A DNA stretch of 64,000 bases. Source: Bispira polyomma. Taxonomy: Eukaryota. The translations under genes were made by a program, and so were the position numbers. The DNA is taken from positions 22,754,001 to 22,818,000 of the forward strand of contig OZ287751.1 of NCBI GenBank assembly GCA_965649765.1. The letters are read 5' to 3'. A model generated the notes under the pieces. It made no database searches. It saw nothing but the letters and a program-made list of their open reading frames with translations, and had not been told where the DNA came from. Shown here in pieces: positions 52,384 through 64,000 of this stretch. Numbering within the stretch: the stretch's first letter is position 1; the number at the start of each line of letters is the position of its first letter.

Positions 52384-55300
52384 TTGAGATTATATTGGTG
52401 AAATATTTGGGGGAATATATTTACAAAATGACTTTTAATTTACAGCTATACATAAAATTGTAAATCTTAAAACATTTTTAATGGCAACACAGCGGTAAAA
52501 GAAGGGCAACACATAATAGCCCCTTATAATATTATAAGCCCGAGTCACAGTGTGGCTACGACCTTTTAAAGATTGTCTGAAACCTAAAAATCATGGAGGT
52601 CTGACACAATCATTAATATTCCTTGAAAAAATCTTGACCGGTCTTTACAGGGATTTTAATGTTTGGTTGGGATCTTTGGTAGAACTTTGATCATTTTGAT
52701 CATGAAAAAGATTAGCTCTTGAAAAGTGATTCTTTTCTATGACTTAAATGTCAGCCAGTAGTCTTTAATACACCCGTGTGTAGTTGCCGAGTTTTTGCCG
52801 AAGTGTCATAACTAGTTACAGGCCACCAACTTCCAAAACAAACAATAGCTTCTTATAACAGTGTGTGCTATTTCTCCTTAATGATCTTAATGACCTTGAA
52901 AACCTTGTGTTGTAGTGGATCCAACTGGATTGCAGGGGTATTCAGATATATATTATTTGGGAAGAGGTATGAGTTCTGCTAAGTGTCCGGCTAGTTGTCT
53001 TATTTTATAACATGATGTATGGAATGTTAGGGTCCTGCGTTTTTCGTAAAGGGGAGATTAAGCGCCACAAAAGTCCAATTACATATGTTAGGGTTAACAA
53101 CGATGCTAATAGTATATTGTAAGAGTATGGTATTATCACTTCAACTATAACTTGGGGTTATTTAATTATAATTTTGTACAGTATAAACAAATCAGCTAAC
53201 TGTACATAGAAGTAATATTAGTGTTGGATGAAATTACTATATAAAATATTCGTGTATGTATATTTCATTTGTAGTAACCTATAGTGTGTCCTCTAAAAGT
53301 GCTAGTTCTCCAAGAAGAGGTCCACCAAAGACATTACTTGGAGTTACACCAAGGACCAACCCACATTCCAATCCAGTAAGATGGGTCTTGGTGGTGTAGT
53401 ACTAACACACTTGCCTCCCACCTCAAAGGTCACAAGTTTGACCCTGACATGTATGTGGGAAAGTTGGCAGAAGACTGGTTAAAACTGGTTCAAAACGATC
53501 ATGGTGTGGCCACATGATGTCCCAGTCGTAGTATATCGTAGTGAAATATTTGTTGACTTCATTATATTCATATGGTATCTGCAGTTACACCATAAGGGAA
53601 TTCCTAGTCAATTATTTGTTATTCCTGTCATTACATTGAGGAATTGTTGGTATTTATGAAATGTCTTCGATGAAGCACAGTTGTTACACTGTGCAGCATC
53701 CCTCAGTGTTCTCAGAATTTTTTTTATTCTGTGTTAATTCTTGTTTATTCTTGGTTTATTGTTAAACCTTTTTCACATGATACGCTTTGTCATTTGTGTG
53801 AATCAATATGACTACCATGTCTGTCCTTGATTATTCTTATCTCCACTTACTACAACCTTACAACTGCATAAAACCACGCAAGGTATTCTTGGTTTTACCA
53901 AAGTGCACCTTGTAAAACCCTCTACAATTGGTGTCATTTGGAGATGACTTTATGTTTAGAGATAAGTGTGTGTAATATTGCGACAAGTAGTGGTGGGTGA
54001 AATCAGAGCAGGGTAATTGGTGTTGGGTTTTAGCTCTGCAAATCAAACACATTCAGCAAGTCTTCTACCAGCTCTACCATATACTGTTTCGTCCGTGATT
54101 TGTTTCAATCCAAAACCTATTTGCAGAAATATAAGTCCACATCTACACCTCAAGCTACACTAGAATTTGAAATGTTATTGTCTAAACTGACTGAAAGTCA
54201 AAGGGTAAAGGTATATTAAGAGTATGTTAAGGAATAGACCCCTTCCTCCATTGTGGAACACCTATCACCCCTCATTAGCTGCCTATTAATCCGATAACAG
54301 ATAATTTGTGGAAATGAGTAGGCTGTGCCTACTTAAAGATTGACAGGATTAGGCTGATTGGGCCAGTGTAAACTGAGGCCAATTGGCTGTCAATTGTTGG
54401 GTGACTTCTTTCCAAGATTAAAACCCACAACTGCAGAGGTGGGAGGTGCGTTACCACAACATTTTTACTCTGTCCCATTTCCTTTTTTTACAAATACACT
54501 CAAATTACAAAACGACGACTGTTCTGGACTGATCAATGATTTTTCATTGTCTGTGAGTCTGGGCCTTTAGATTTAGTACTAAAGGGTCTTGCAGACAGGT
54601 TCAGATGCAATACTATCTAAAATTTATAATGCAACATAAAATTGTATACACACCCCTATCGCATACATGGCATTCACTATGAACACATCACATAAGAAAA
54701 AGATTGAATTTGCATACAGTGTAAAAAGCACATCGCATCTAATCATTTGTTTTTTGGCAGATTGTATTTTCATCAGAGCTGTTTTACCAGAAGCTTAGGC
54801 GTTAAGCGTTTGATGAATAACCACACTGCCTACACTGGTCAAGCATTGAATGAGGGTCACTCATTACAAAGATCCGCATTCTTCTTGCATTGAAAGTAGT
54901 TGACGTCTCACTGAAACAAATGAAAGTTCAGCAGGCATGATTGGGTGTGTCAGTAAGAATGTGTCTGAACAAAAGACTAAAATTACGTGAATAAACATTA
55001 GATATCTATGGAGACAATAAAGCATGATGGGGTAACAGTGAAATGTTTATCAACCGCTAGAACAACAAGAATATCTTTTGGGGGACTCTTAAGGGAACAA
55101 TAAATTATCTTCTTCGCTTGCTAATAATCACTGGTCTCTAACAAATGTAGGATTAAATCATGTTCATTCCTTCATGTGGGAAAGTTTGTCAGGTACTTGA
55201 CCATAGGTCAGTGGATTAAAGTGGCTTCAGCACAGGTTTCTTTCACCATTAAATCTGGCCATCGTGGAATGACCTAAGTTGTTAAAATCTACGTGAAGCC

Positions 55301-56019
55301 CAGCTACATTCCAATCCTACTGAAAGAGATAATTCAATTGAAATATGTTATTGGTAAGCTTTAAATTCCTATTACCTTGCTGACTTAATGCAGCAGTGAA
55401 GAAAACCCCATCTAGAATATTGAGGAATAACAAAAGACTATATTACTGGAATGTGTGAAACCCAGAACTAAATTCAGTGACAGATCCTTTTTTTATTTTG
55501 GCCCCAAGTTTGCGGAACCAGTTGGCAGAAGACATTTGAAATCTAGAAAACAATTCAATGTTTCAAGGTTGTTCGCTACCATTTCTTTTTAACCCACAAA
55601 TTTTTTTTTTAAATTATGAAAAGCTTGATGTGTTGAACAAAAATATCAAAAAAACTATGTCACACCAGACTCTTTCAAAATTTACAAAGTTTTGAATATG
55701 GTATCTACTTTCATTTATTTGCCTATTGTTTTAAATAGAAAGGCCTGTTTTGGGAGGGAAAAAATTTATAAAAAGGTAGTTTAAAAAAATTTCAACCCAC
55801 AAAATTATTTTTTTTTTCTCTCCAGTTGTGGTAAACTGTAACCAAATATGTGAAAAAAACAGGGGGGCATCGTGCAAAAATTTTTAAATCTTTGTTTAGA
55901 ATTTTTAGTGCCCACAGTGCCCCCCTTGCTGTGAAGTGACCTTGGAATTGAAAAGATGTGAGTGGGAATATTAATTTTATTTCTATGTTAAACAACTAAA
56001 TTATTTACACACTTTAGAG

Positions 56020-56306
56020 TTAAGTATTTACTAAGTTTAATTAAAGGCCACCCTAAGGCCAAGCTTAGTTAGGTTTAAGTAAGCCCTAAGTGGGCCATAG
56101 TTTAAGGTAGCCTTACCGTGGCTTTAAGGCTGGGAAAAGGTAAGGTTGCCCTAACCTAGTTTAAGGCTAGGTACAGTTTAGGGTTAGCATTACCAGTTTA
56201 AGGTAGCCTTAACCTGAGTTTAAGGTTAAGGGAAGAATTTGAGTTGAGGTCACCTTAACATTGGGTTTAAGGTTAGGTGATTTATGATTTAAGGAGCTTA
56301 GGGTGA
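56020..56306. repeat. Array of TTAAGG-N3-CCTTAA-like palindromes; interior of a MITE interrupted by E3
   Basis: TTAAGGTAGCCTTA (x2), TAAGGTTGCCCTAA and TTGAGGTCACCTTAA; similar tracts at 19795-20030 and 46955-47240. Confidence 0.6.
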
Positions 56307-56379
56307 CCTTAAACTAAATACAATGTGAGCATGTTTACATTATGACTATTTACATATAGATTAGATATTACAAAATAGA
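56304..56379 (-). repeat. E3 repeat B2 (3' terminus)
   Basis: 76-nt identity to 57051-57126. Confidence 0.93.
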
Positions 56380-56862
56380 GCAGCAATAAAGCTTTACATA
56401 TAGATTACATATTATAAGTTAAAACAGATGTAAAAAGTGTGTAAATAGTAAAAATAAAAATGGTTAAAATATAAAATGCTATCCAGCCTCATTAACCTAG
56501 ACCTATAGTGCATCCAATTAAAAGAAGAATCCCGACTAGGATACACGGGAATTCTCACTCAAGCCTTAAGTGGCTGAACCAATATAGCCCCTACACATGA
56601 GGTGCTGGATGGCGAAATCGAGAAATCGAGGTACAATAGACAGGTGTTGCATTGCATTGTCGCTTGAGACAGTCTTTGCTCTATGCTGGTCTGTCCCATG
56701 ATGCCATTGCATGTCGATCTGAAACTACATAAGCTCTTGTTAACACTGGTACAGCTTGTTCTCATACATGCTAGCATTTATGACACTTAATAATACATAC
56801 AATTTTTTATCATACATTATTATACAACATTTGTAAGGGAGCCAGATGGGGAAGAGGGTGGG

Positions 56863-57126
56863 AATTTGAAATTGTCTAACATAAAATGGCGTCTTGCCCT
56901 TCTGACTTATAAGTTAAAAGAGGGATATTCCACACTTTAGGCGGGACATAATTAATTAGTTAAAGTGAACCACCCACCAACGAATCAGAACCCAGGTCAG
57001 TGGAACAAGAGTGTTTATCTTATTAAGAATGTAGGGCAACAAGAGGGCACTGACCTTAAACTAAATACAATGTGAGCATGTTTACATTATGACTATTTAC
57101 ATATAGATTAGATATTACAAAATAGA
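56863..57126 (-). repeat. E3 internal B1-A2 junction
   Basis: 56863-57053 matches 62127-62320 and 57051-57126 matches 56304-56379; the two overlap by TGA. Confidence 0.93.
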
Positions 57127-57140
57127 ACACCAAAGCCCAA

Positions 57141-58124
57141 TTAGGAAGTAGGAGTTGTGAGAAAGGTTTGAAAGGAGAGGGCCACTTTATCGGATGCCTT
57201 GTGGTCAGAGGTCGCATACCGCAAAACGCAGTCAGATGTCCAGGTTCCATGACTCTGGATGTCCTGCAAGGGGGCATTGTTGTTAAAAGCCATGGTCACG
57301 TCAGAGCGGCGAAAGTCATGGAATGTGATGGGGGATTCATTCAAACCCAATCTGATGAGTATTGTCTGGAGGTTCCTACGCAGTCTTGAGTCTGTGAGGG
57401 GACCCCAAGAGGCATTTTGCTTGTACTGAAATAACGGATAATTTTTTGAGCCGGGGTGATGGCCAGGATGTTTCTAATAGCTGTCACTGGACAGATAGGT
57501 GAGTTAAGGAGGGCAGGAACTTTAAGGACCCTAACTGTGTTCCTGGCCTGAAGTGTTTTGGTTCATTCAATGATAATGTGGAGACCAGGAGGAGCAAAAA
57601 GCACATCCACCCTGGCCAGCTGATGAAGGGGAGAGTAAGTAGAGCAGGAGTGAGGTACAAGATTAGAAATCCTAAGGAAGGCAAAAAATGCCAGGAGATA
57701 AGCTCCTTTGAAAACTTGCCCCATATACATTGATTCACATACCTTACTAATGAGAGTTAAGAGATCAATGTCAATAATTTTGTGGATTTTTGCCTTAAAT
57801 GGTCTGTGTAATGTGAGGGCTTTACTGAAATATTTAATACGTGTCATTGGAAGGGGTAGTGTCTAACCCATAGATTGAAAATTTTGCTTTAATGGCTGCC
57901 ATGTGATTAATAATAGAGGAATGAGACATTTTTCCCACTGCCAAAAATTCCAGGAATGACAAGAGCAGCAGGAGTTGTATCTTGAATTTTTATTTGAATA
58001 AAGCAGCACTAAGCCAAGAATAGCCTGAACATTGCTTTATATGCATGTTGGGTTGTAGGCCTAAATGGCTGATGGACTCTTTTGGCTGCCTGAGCTGCTA
58101 GGAGGGCTGCCAGGGAAGGAAGAC
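57141..58124 (-). pseudogene. E3 tyrosine recombinase (several stops/frameshifts)
   Basis: INHMAAIK, FLRISN, LCPV, HDFRRS and HGTWTSDCVLRY. Confidence 0.93.
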
Positions 58125-58134
58125 CTGAAATGTA

Positions 58135-60520
58135 TTATATACTCCAGTCAATGTCCAGTAATTGGTCTGGAACGTTCACCCATTCAGGGTGAGGTATAAT
58201 TTGTCTTAATTTATACTCGTTATGAGCTGTCATGTGCCATCTTGATAAGAGATCAGCAGCTTGAATGTTTTTTCCTAGTATATGGACTGTTCTTAAATTT
58301 ATATCGGCGCCCGCCACTTCCATCAGGATGTTGAGCGCAATGGCTGCCAATGTTAGATCTTTAGTCCTGCCTGAGGTGAGGATGGACACTACTGCTTGGT
58401 TATCGCAGTGGACCATCAGTTTTTTGCCTGCTCAGAGGTGTTTCCACAATCTGCCACCAGGATGTTTAGCATCTCAAGGTGCATGATGGTAAAATTTAGA
58501 TAGCCCTGAGGGATTGGCTTAGTGTAGACTAAACTGTTACATTTTCCGCCCAGGCCTGTGGGGCATGCATCTAGCTCTATATGATCGGTGACCGGGGCAT
58601 GGTCAAAGAATGCCACCCCATTAAATATACTTGTCAAACCATCTGAGGTCCTGAAAGAATTGCACATCTAGTTTAACATTACGTTCATCACTTATATTGC
58701 GTAATATGTCAAGCATGCGGTTTAAAAATGCCCTGCCTACTCTGACGCATTTAGCTACATACAGTAGTGAACCCAAGAGTGATTGCAATTCTCTTTTTGT
58801 GCATTTGGTCTTACTCAGCCAGGTTTTGCACAATTGAATAGTGTCAGCTAATTTCTGGAGAGGGACCTCAATTGTAAATTTCTGTATGTCTACTAGCACG
58901 CCTAAGCAATTGACCCTAGTGGTAGGTGTTACTATCTTTTTCTTGCTGATTTCAAAACCTAATTCTTGCAAGAGCTTGTACAGGTTGTCATATGAATTGT
59001 CGTATGTCCCGTATCCGATGACGTCATCGATATAATTGATGACGTCATAGCCGCGTCCGTGCATGACGTAACGCACGGCATCACTGAGGCATTAAAAAAT
59101 GGAGCTTCCCTGCATGTAGCCGAATGGCAGGCACGTATCTATATAGTAGTCGTCCATTTTGAGTCCGAGAAGGTCATAATCTTCTGGATCCATCTTTACA
59201 TGTCGGAATGCCCGACTTATGTCTAGCTTGTATATGAGGGTGCCTTTTCCAAGTTTTGCTACTTTGTCTGTTATGTCATCGACTGTTGGTAGAGTTAGAA
59301 GGAAATCAGTACCTAGATATTTGCTCTTTTGAATTGCGGCATTGACCAATTTACCTTTTGAAAAACTCAGATCTATTATTACCCAACAATGAGCTGCACC
59401 AGGCTTCTCCCTAGTCATAAATGGTGAGATATACAAAGAGGAGATGGGATGGATGTTAAATGGCCCCATTATTACCCCATGTTCTTTTTCCTCAGCCAAA
59501 TATGCTTGAACATCATTGGGAAATTCTGTAGCCGACTTATTATTTTCTTCAACATGGCTGATTTCCTTTTGTCGGTCAAAGTCTAAGGGGAAGCCATATT
59601 TTATAAAATAAATAAGCTGGGTGTCCCAGTAGTTACTAAGTTCACGTTGCCAGACATCCGGATTTAATTCCGATTTTAGGAGAATTTGTTCACCCATGTA
59701 ATTTGGCTTACCACTGTTGCGTACTGTGTGGTGGATTTGGAGTGGTGTATCCTTACTGGATTTTTGTTTGTTGAAAGCAGGCAATGTTAAGTCACCAAGA
59801 GGTATAAAACCAAACTTACTGTGTGTTTGCTTACTTCATAGGTTGTAAACAGAGTTACTGCTAGCTTGTGCAATTGTATCCCTATGTCGGACTTTTACTT
59901 GTAACTCCAAGTCATATTTGTCTTCACTACTAGTGAGTGTATTTGGTTCTGAAATACTGTGTCCCCTTGTACTGGTATCAGTACTTGTGATTTTTTCACT
60001 GTTCCCCATATTTGGGTCAGTGTTCACCCCATCCCCTCTATGTTCTACCAAGGGTGCAAACCTATTGTGGGAACTCAGACATTGTTCTGTTGTCTGACCT
60101 ATTTTGGTTGTATAACTCTTGTTGATGTTTGGTCTGTTTACATGGGGTTTAGTGGGTTTATCAGTCTTACCGTATTGTTGCGGCTGCTCTGCAATAGGTG
60201 CCTTTTTACATTATTTTGACATACATTATGTACCCAATTTTTTGTCAACTGGCTTTCAACCAGGTGACATTTGTTCACATTATTATTGTACAATACAGTG
60301 TTAACTATTTTAGATACATTATTTACAGTTTTACAGTCCAAGTGACAACTAGAATTAGACTTTTGGCTGACTATATTAATTTTTACAATATCAGCGTATG
60401 TTTTGCAATTAACTCTTGCCCAATCTGCCTTCCAGTTGTCACTTGCTGCAGCTGCAACCACCCCATTGGTTATTATCCTGGAGTAAAAAATGAGCACTGC
60501 AGACTTGTAGTGCCCTATTC
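58135..60520 (-). pseudogene. E3 pol: N/S/T-rich leader, RT, RNase H (fragmented)
   Basis: PNYMGEQI, VIIDLS, KLDISRAFR, LPFG, YIDD, LDACPTGLGG, HLEMLN, HCDNQAVV and ADLLSRW. Confidence 0.95.
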
Positions 60521-61514
60521 GTTTTTTGAATTTGTCCCCCCCCCCCCAGAGTTTAACTTTCTACAATCTTTGGATGGGTGGTTGTAGCTTTTACCTCCGA
60601 CAAAACAATGAGCACATATATGGGTATATAATTGACCAACTGACTCATGGTCAGTTTTTTGCGGACAAGTACCTTTCTGGAAAAATCTGCAGGGTTTGCC
60701 TTTCTCACTGGTGTTTTTCCTACTACTCGAGCCCTGACTAGAGAAATTTTGTGATATGGTAACCCTCTGGGCATGAGCCCTACGGATCCTATCGATTTTA
60801 TGGGTGTCCTTCCAAGAAACTTTGCCCTCCTCCATTTTACAGAGGAGGACCGCATGAGCGCCTTTAGCTGTGTTCCAAGAAAAATCATGGCTATCCTCCA
60901 TTAATTCCGAAAGGTACTCGAGCATGAGATCCTTAGTTACACTATTTTGTTCTACTTTGATTATGTTGGTAAAACCTGAGACTCATTGGGCCATAGAGAG
61001 ATTGTCATAAGCTAGTCTAGATTTTGTCTGCCCACCTAGTATAAAGTTTTGCGGCCAAGGTACTTGCCTTTTTACCCACACTGTCTCAGCCCCGTCCCTT
61101 TGGGAACGAAAGTTACCTGATTTGTTTATGCGGGTCAGTTCTCGTAGTCGGGTGTCCACAGCTTCCTGGATGTGTATTGACTGCCTCAGTGTCTGTATGG
61201 AAGGCACCAATAAGTCAGCCAGTGGGTCTATGCTGGTAGCCATAGGAACTTCTGTGGGAAGCCGCGATGTCGTCTGGCCACTGCTGGTTTCACCATTACC
61301 ATCTGCGCCATCTGCTCTTTTCTCCATCTTAGTCATGCGACTACTTAAGTCAGTGAGCTGCTGCAGGATCAGTTTATTAACCTGGGCAGAGGACATGTCC
61401 GGTTCGTCATCCAAAACATCCGGTACAATGTTTTTCACCACTTTACATTTTTCATTGATTGGTTTCTGATGGTTAGACCCGCAGGCCTCACAGTCATGTC
61501 TTTCTAGGAGCCAT
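60515..61514 (-). pseudogene. E3 gag-like ORF1
   Basis: ATG 61514 (MAPR/..HDCEACGSNHQKPINEKC), VPWPQ, internal TGA at 60983, C-terminal CRFFQKGTC..H..HICAHC..HPSKDC finger, ends SKNE*. Confidence 0.88.
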
Positions 61515-62126
61515 AATGCACTCCAGGTAGCTATTAGTCACTTTACGGTAATGTTTTATTTCAAGAATGTCTTTTCCACTACTTAATGAATACCCTGTAT
61601 TCAGCCTAGATTTTATTTCACACCTTGGTGTGAATTGTCACAATTGGGAATGTTTGTGGTTTCGTGGTACACTGTGTGTTAACTGTTTTTATATGTAATC
61701 ACAAACAATTGTACATGATCCTCCTGCACCACGATTTAAATACAGACACCTGTGTAGTTTAATGTTTTCTGTGTAAATTATTGCACTATCGTGCACTCAA
61801 TTGCACTGATATATATATATAGTCTAGTTAGTTTTACTAAAAATAGAAAATAGATTTCTGCACATACATGGAACGAGGGTGTGTTTGTAAATTTAATGTA
61901 AAAATGCTTTAAAATGTTAAAATCTAGCCGTTAAGATAACATAAATCACAGTATACAGCCCTCATTCATAGCCCCAACAAGTAGAGCAGTATGCGCATAA
62001 ATCCAAGCATAAGCAGCTTATAACATGTCAGGAACTCCACAGCAGAATCTCCGTGTCTTTTAGTCCAAGAAAGCTCATAAAGTCTCCAGGTAAATCCTTT
62101 GGAAACACAAAATAAAAGTTCCTTAA

Positions 62127-62320
62127 AATTTGAAATTGTCTAACATAAAATGGCGTCTTGCCCTTCAGCCCTATAAGTTAAAAGTGCGATATTCCATACT
62201 TTTTGTGGGACATAATTAATTAATTAATAAAGTGGACAACCTACCAACGAATCAGAACCCAGGTCAGTGGAACAAGAGTGTTTATCTTATTAAGAATGTA
62301 GGGCAACAAGAGGGCACTGA
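62127..62320 (-). repeat. E3 repeat A1 (5' terminus)
   Basis: Matches 56863-57053. Confidence 0.93.
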
Positions 62321-63342
62321 ATATACTAGCCCCGTGGGCTACCTTCCAAAACCTTATGTTTCTATTGAAATAACCTTTGATAATGTAGAATAAGGGACAT
62401 TTCTTTTGCTGCGTTTTTGAACCTGTTGAGGGAAAGGTGCCTTATTATAGAAATGAAAGTATTATAATAGATATTAGAAAAAAATAACTGTCTATTTTTA
62501 CTGTTATTGATATGTATATTTAGAGGTTATTTATAGTTGACTTATAACACAAACTATTGTGTACTTTTTATATATACCTATACCATCAGTCCCTGTCCTG
62601 AATGTAACATTACCCAGCACGCTTTATATTGGACCTCAGTGTAATCCTGTCTATGTGACTTCATATAGCACATAAAAAACAAACCACAAAATAGGCAAGG
62701 CACTTTATTACATAAAGCATTAGTTTTATGGTTTATATCCCTAACATTACATACCCTTTTTGACTAACAAAAGCCTTCCCCAACATAAAATGACCTTTTT
62801 TGGCTAACAAAAGTCATCACTGGATGATATATGTGTCCATCAACAGTTTTACTGTATTAAGGGAAAGTTTAGCGGGAATAGATTTCCACTCGTTTTTACA
62901 ATTACACTGGGGAAATTCAATGGATCTATTTTGTGGGGGCTTTCTTAGTTCATTTGTACTGAAATAATATAAAATATAAATTAAATTTGTTTTTGACTGG
63001 AAACAAATGTTTACCAACCCATGCTCATTATAGTCAGGATTATATAATTGCTTAATTTTCTTCTTAACCCCCCTTTTCTCTAAATTTTAAGATAAAGCAC
63101 ATCATGATGAAACTATAATTTGAATTGATAATAGGCACATCGCTGTTGCAAAAGGTATTTTATTTGGCCTTGTTACTATGTATTATTTGTCAGAGTTTTT
63201 TCAATATTTCATATTAAAATGAAAATACATATCTTACTTGTTTCTGGATAATAAGCTGTCATTGCATGAAATAACTTAAATAAAAGTCCAAAAATATTTA
63301 CGTGTTCTAAACCTTGAATCATGGTCAAATTTTGCAAATACC

Positions 63343-63678
63343 ATGGTTTGGAGTGTGTTATTCCTATTCTAACATGACAAAGCAATCAAAAAGATAAAAC
63401 ATACTTTAAATTTTAAAAATAAAATCATAAACGTAGTACATAAACACAGGCTGTTCCATCCAACTTACCTTGCAAGAGTAACTGATAAACAGCCGATGAG
63501 TATATGCAGAATTTTACCAATGCTTACGGGCAACCAAATTCGCCGACACGGGTGTGTCATGTCAGAATTCAATGTATTCAAAAGGGCATCCAGGAACGTA
63601 ATATTGCAGTAAATAGTAAGGATTAGGTAGTTGTTTTAACTTGTCAAGTTGGATTAGAGATAACACACTCCAAACCAT
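63343..63678. mobile_element. MITE-like element with ~38-bp inverted ends
   Basis: ATGGTTTGGAGTGTGTTATTCCTATTCTAACATGACAA versus TTGTCAAGTTGGATTAGAGATAACACACTCCAAACCAT; related motifs at 46670-46785. Confidence 0.65.
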
Positions 63679-64000
63679 AAAAATATTATAGAACTCATTC
63701 GAACCATAGGCAAGCTAGTAAACAAAACTAATGTTGTTTGTTTATTTTTATTATAATTTTCATTGAATTCTAATTACTTTGTGCATTTTTCATGATAATT
63801 GTCCTTTTGTATTTAGCTTTTATCTCTCCCTTTTGATCAAATCATTTTGAAGCATTTACAAAGTGGGGGAAATTGTTTGAAAATAACACTGACATAATGA
63901 CATAGATAATCCATTTTGCATGTTAACTAGGAATACAAAGGTAAAAATGACATTAGCCTTATAAAAAATACCTAAAAAAAAACTATAATAATTCTAAAAT

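Larger units (their letters stand above)
56304..62320 (-). mobile_element. YR retrotransposon E3, Ngaro/PAT-like with split direct repeats, full length but inactivated
   Basis: A1 62127-62320, gag/RT/RH/YR, B1 57051-57126, A2 56863-57053, B2 56304-56379; TGA trinucleotide at both ends and at the internal junction. Confidence 0.95.

Noticed and set aside
56150-56290. Interstitial telomeric repeat (TTAGGG)
   Set aside because: Only isolated hexamers inside the TTAAGG/CCTTAA palindrome array, not a tandem tract.
57141-61514. APOBEC-like G-to-A hypermutation (several TGG to TGA/TAG stops)
   Set aside because: Trp codons are one step from stops, and CAA-to-TAA and CpG transitions also occur; this cannot be separated from ordinary decay without a consensus.

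Overview
AT-rich, repeat-dense animal genomic DNA. The SINE types and GPCR class suggest a lophotrochozoan, probably a mollusc (inference). The window holds three mutually divergent tyrosine-recombinase (YR) retrotransposons of Ngaro/PAT-like architecture (gag, RT-RNase H, YR; no methyltransferase domain): E1 at 1774-8074 (+), E2 at ~30370-35800 (-) and E3 at 56304-62320 (-). E1 and E3 have split direct repeats (A1...B1-A2-spacer-B2). All three carry stops or frameshifts. Also present: one intact single-exon rhodopsin-class GPCR (11307-12608, -), a decayed PIF/Harbinger transposase, several MITEs, tRNA-derived SINEs, L2/CR1 LINE remnants and minisatellites. The main observation is shared by all three YR elements. 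Each has a phase-1 GT splice donor at the same Gly codon in gag, and a branch point plus phase-1 AG acceptor 6-10 nt after the RNase H stop codon, in frame with YR. This predicts a ~3-kb intron that removes the Gag C-terminus and all of RT/RH to make a Gag(N)-recombinase fusion. Gag-pol recoding signals and CRE-rich CpG patches inside RT add to a candidate expression programme for this family.
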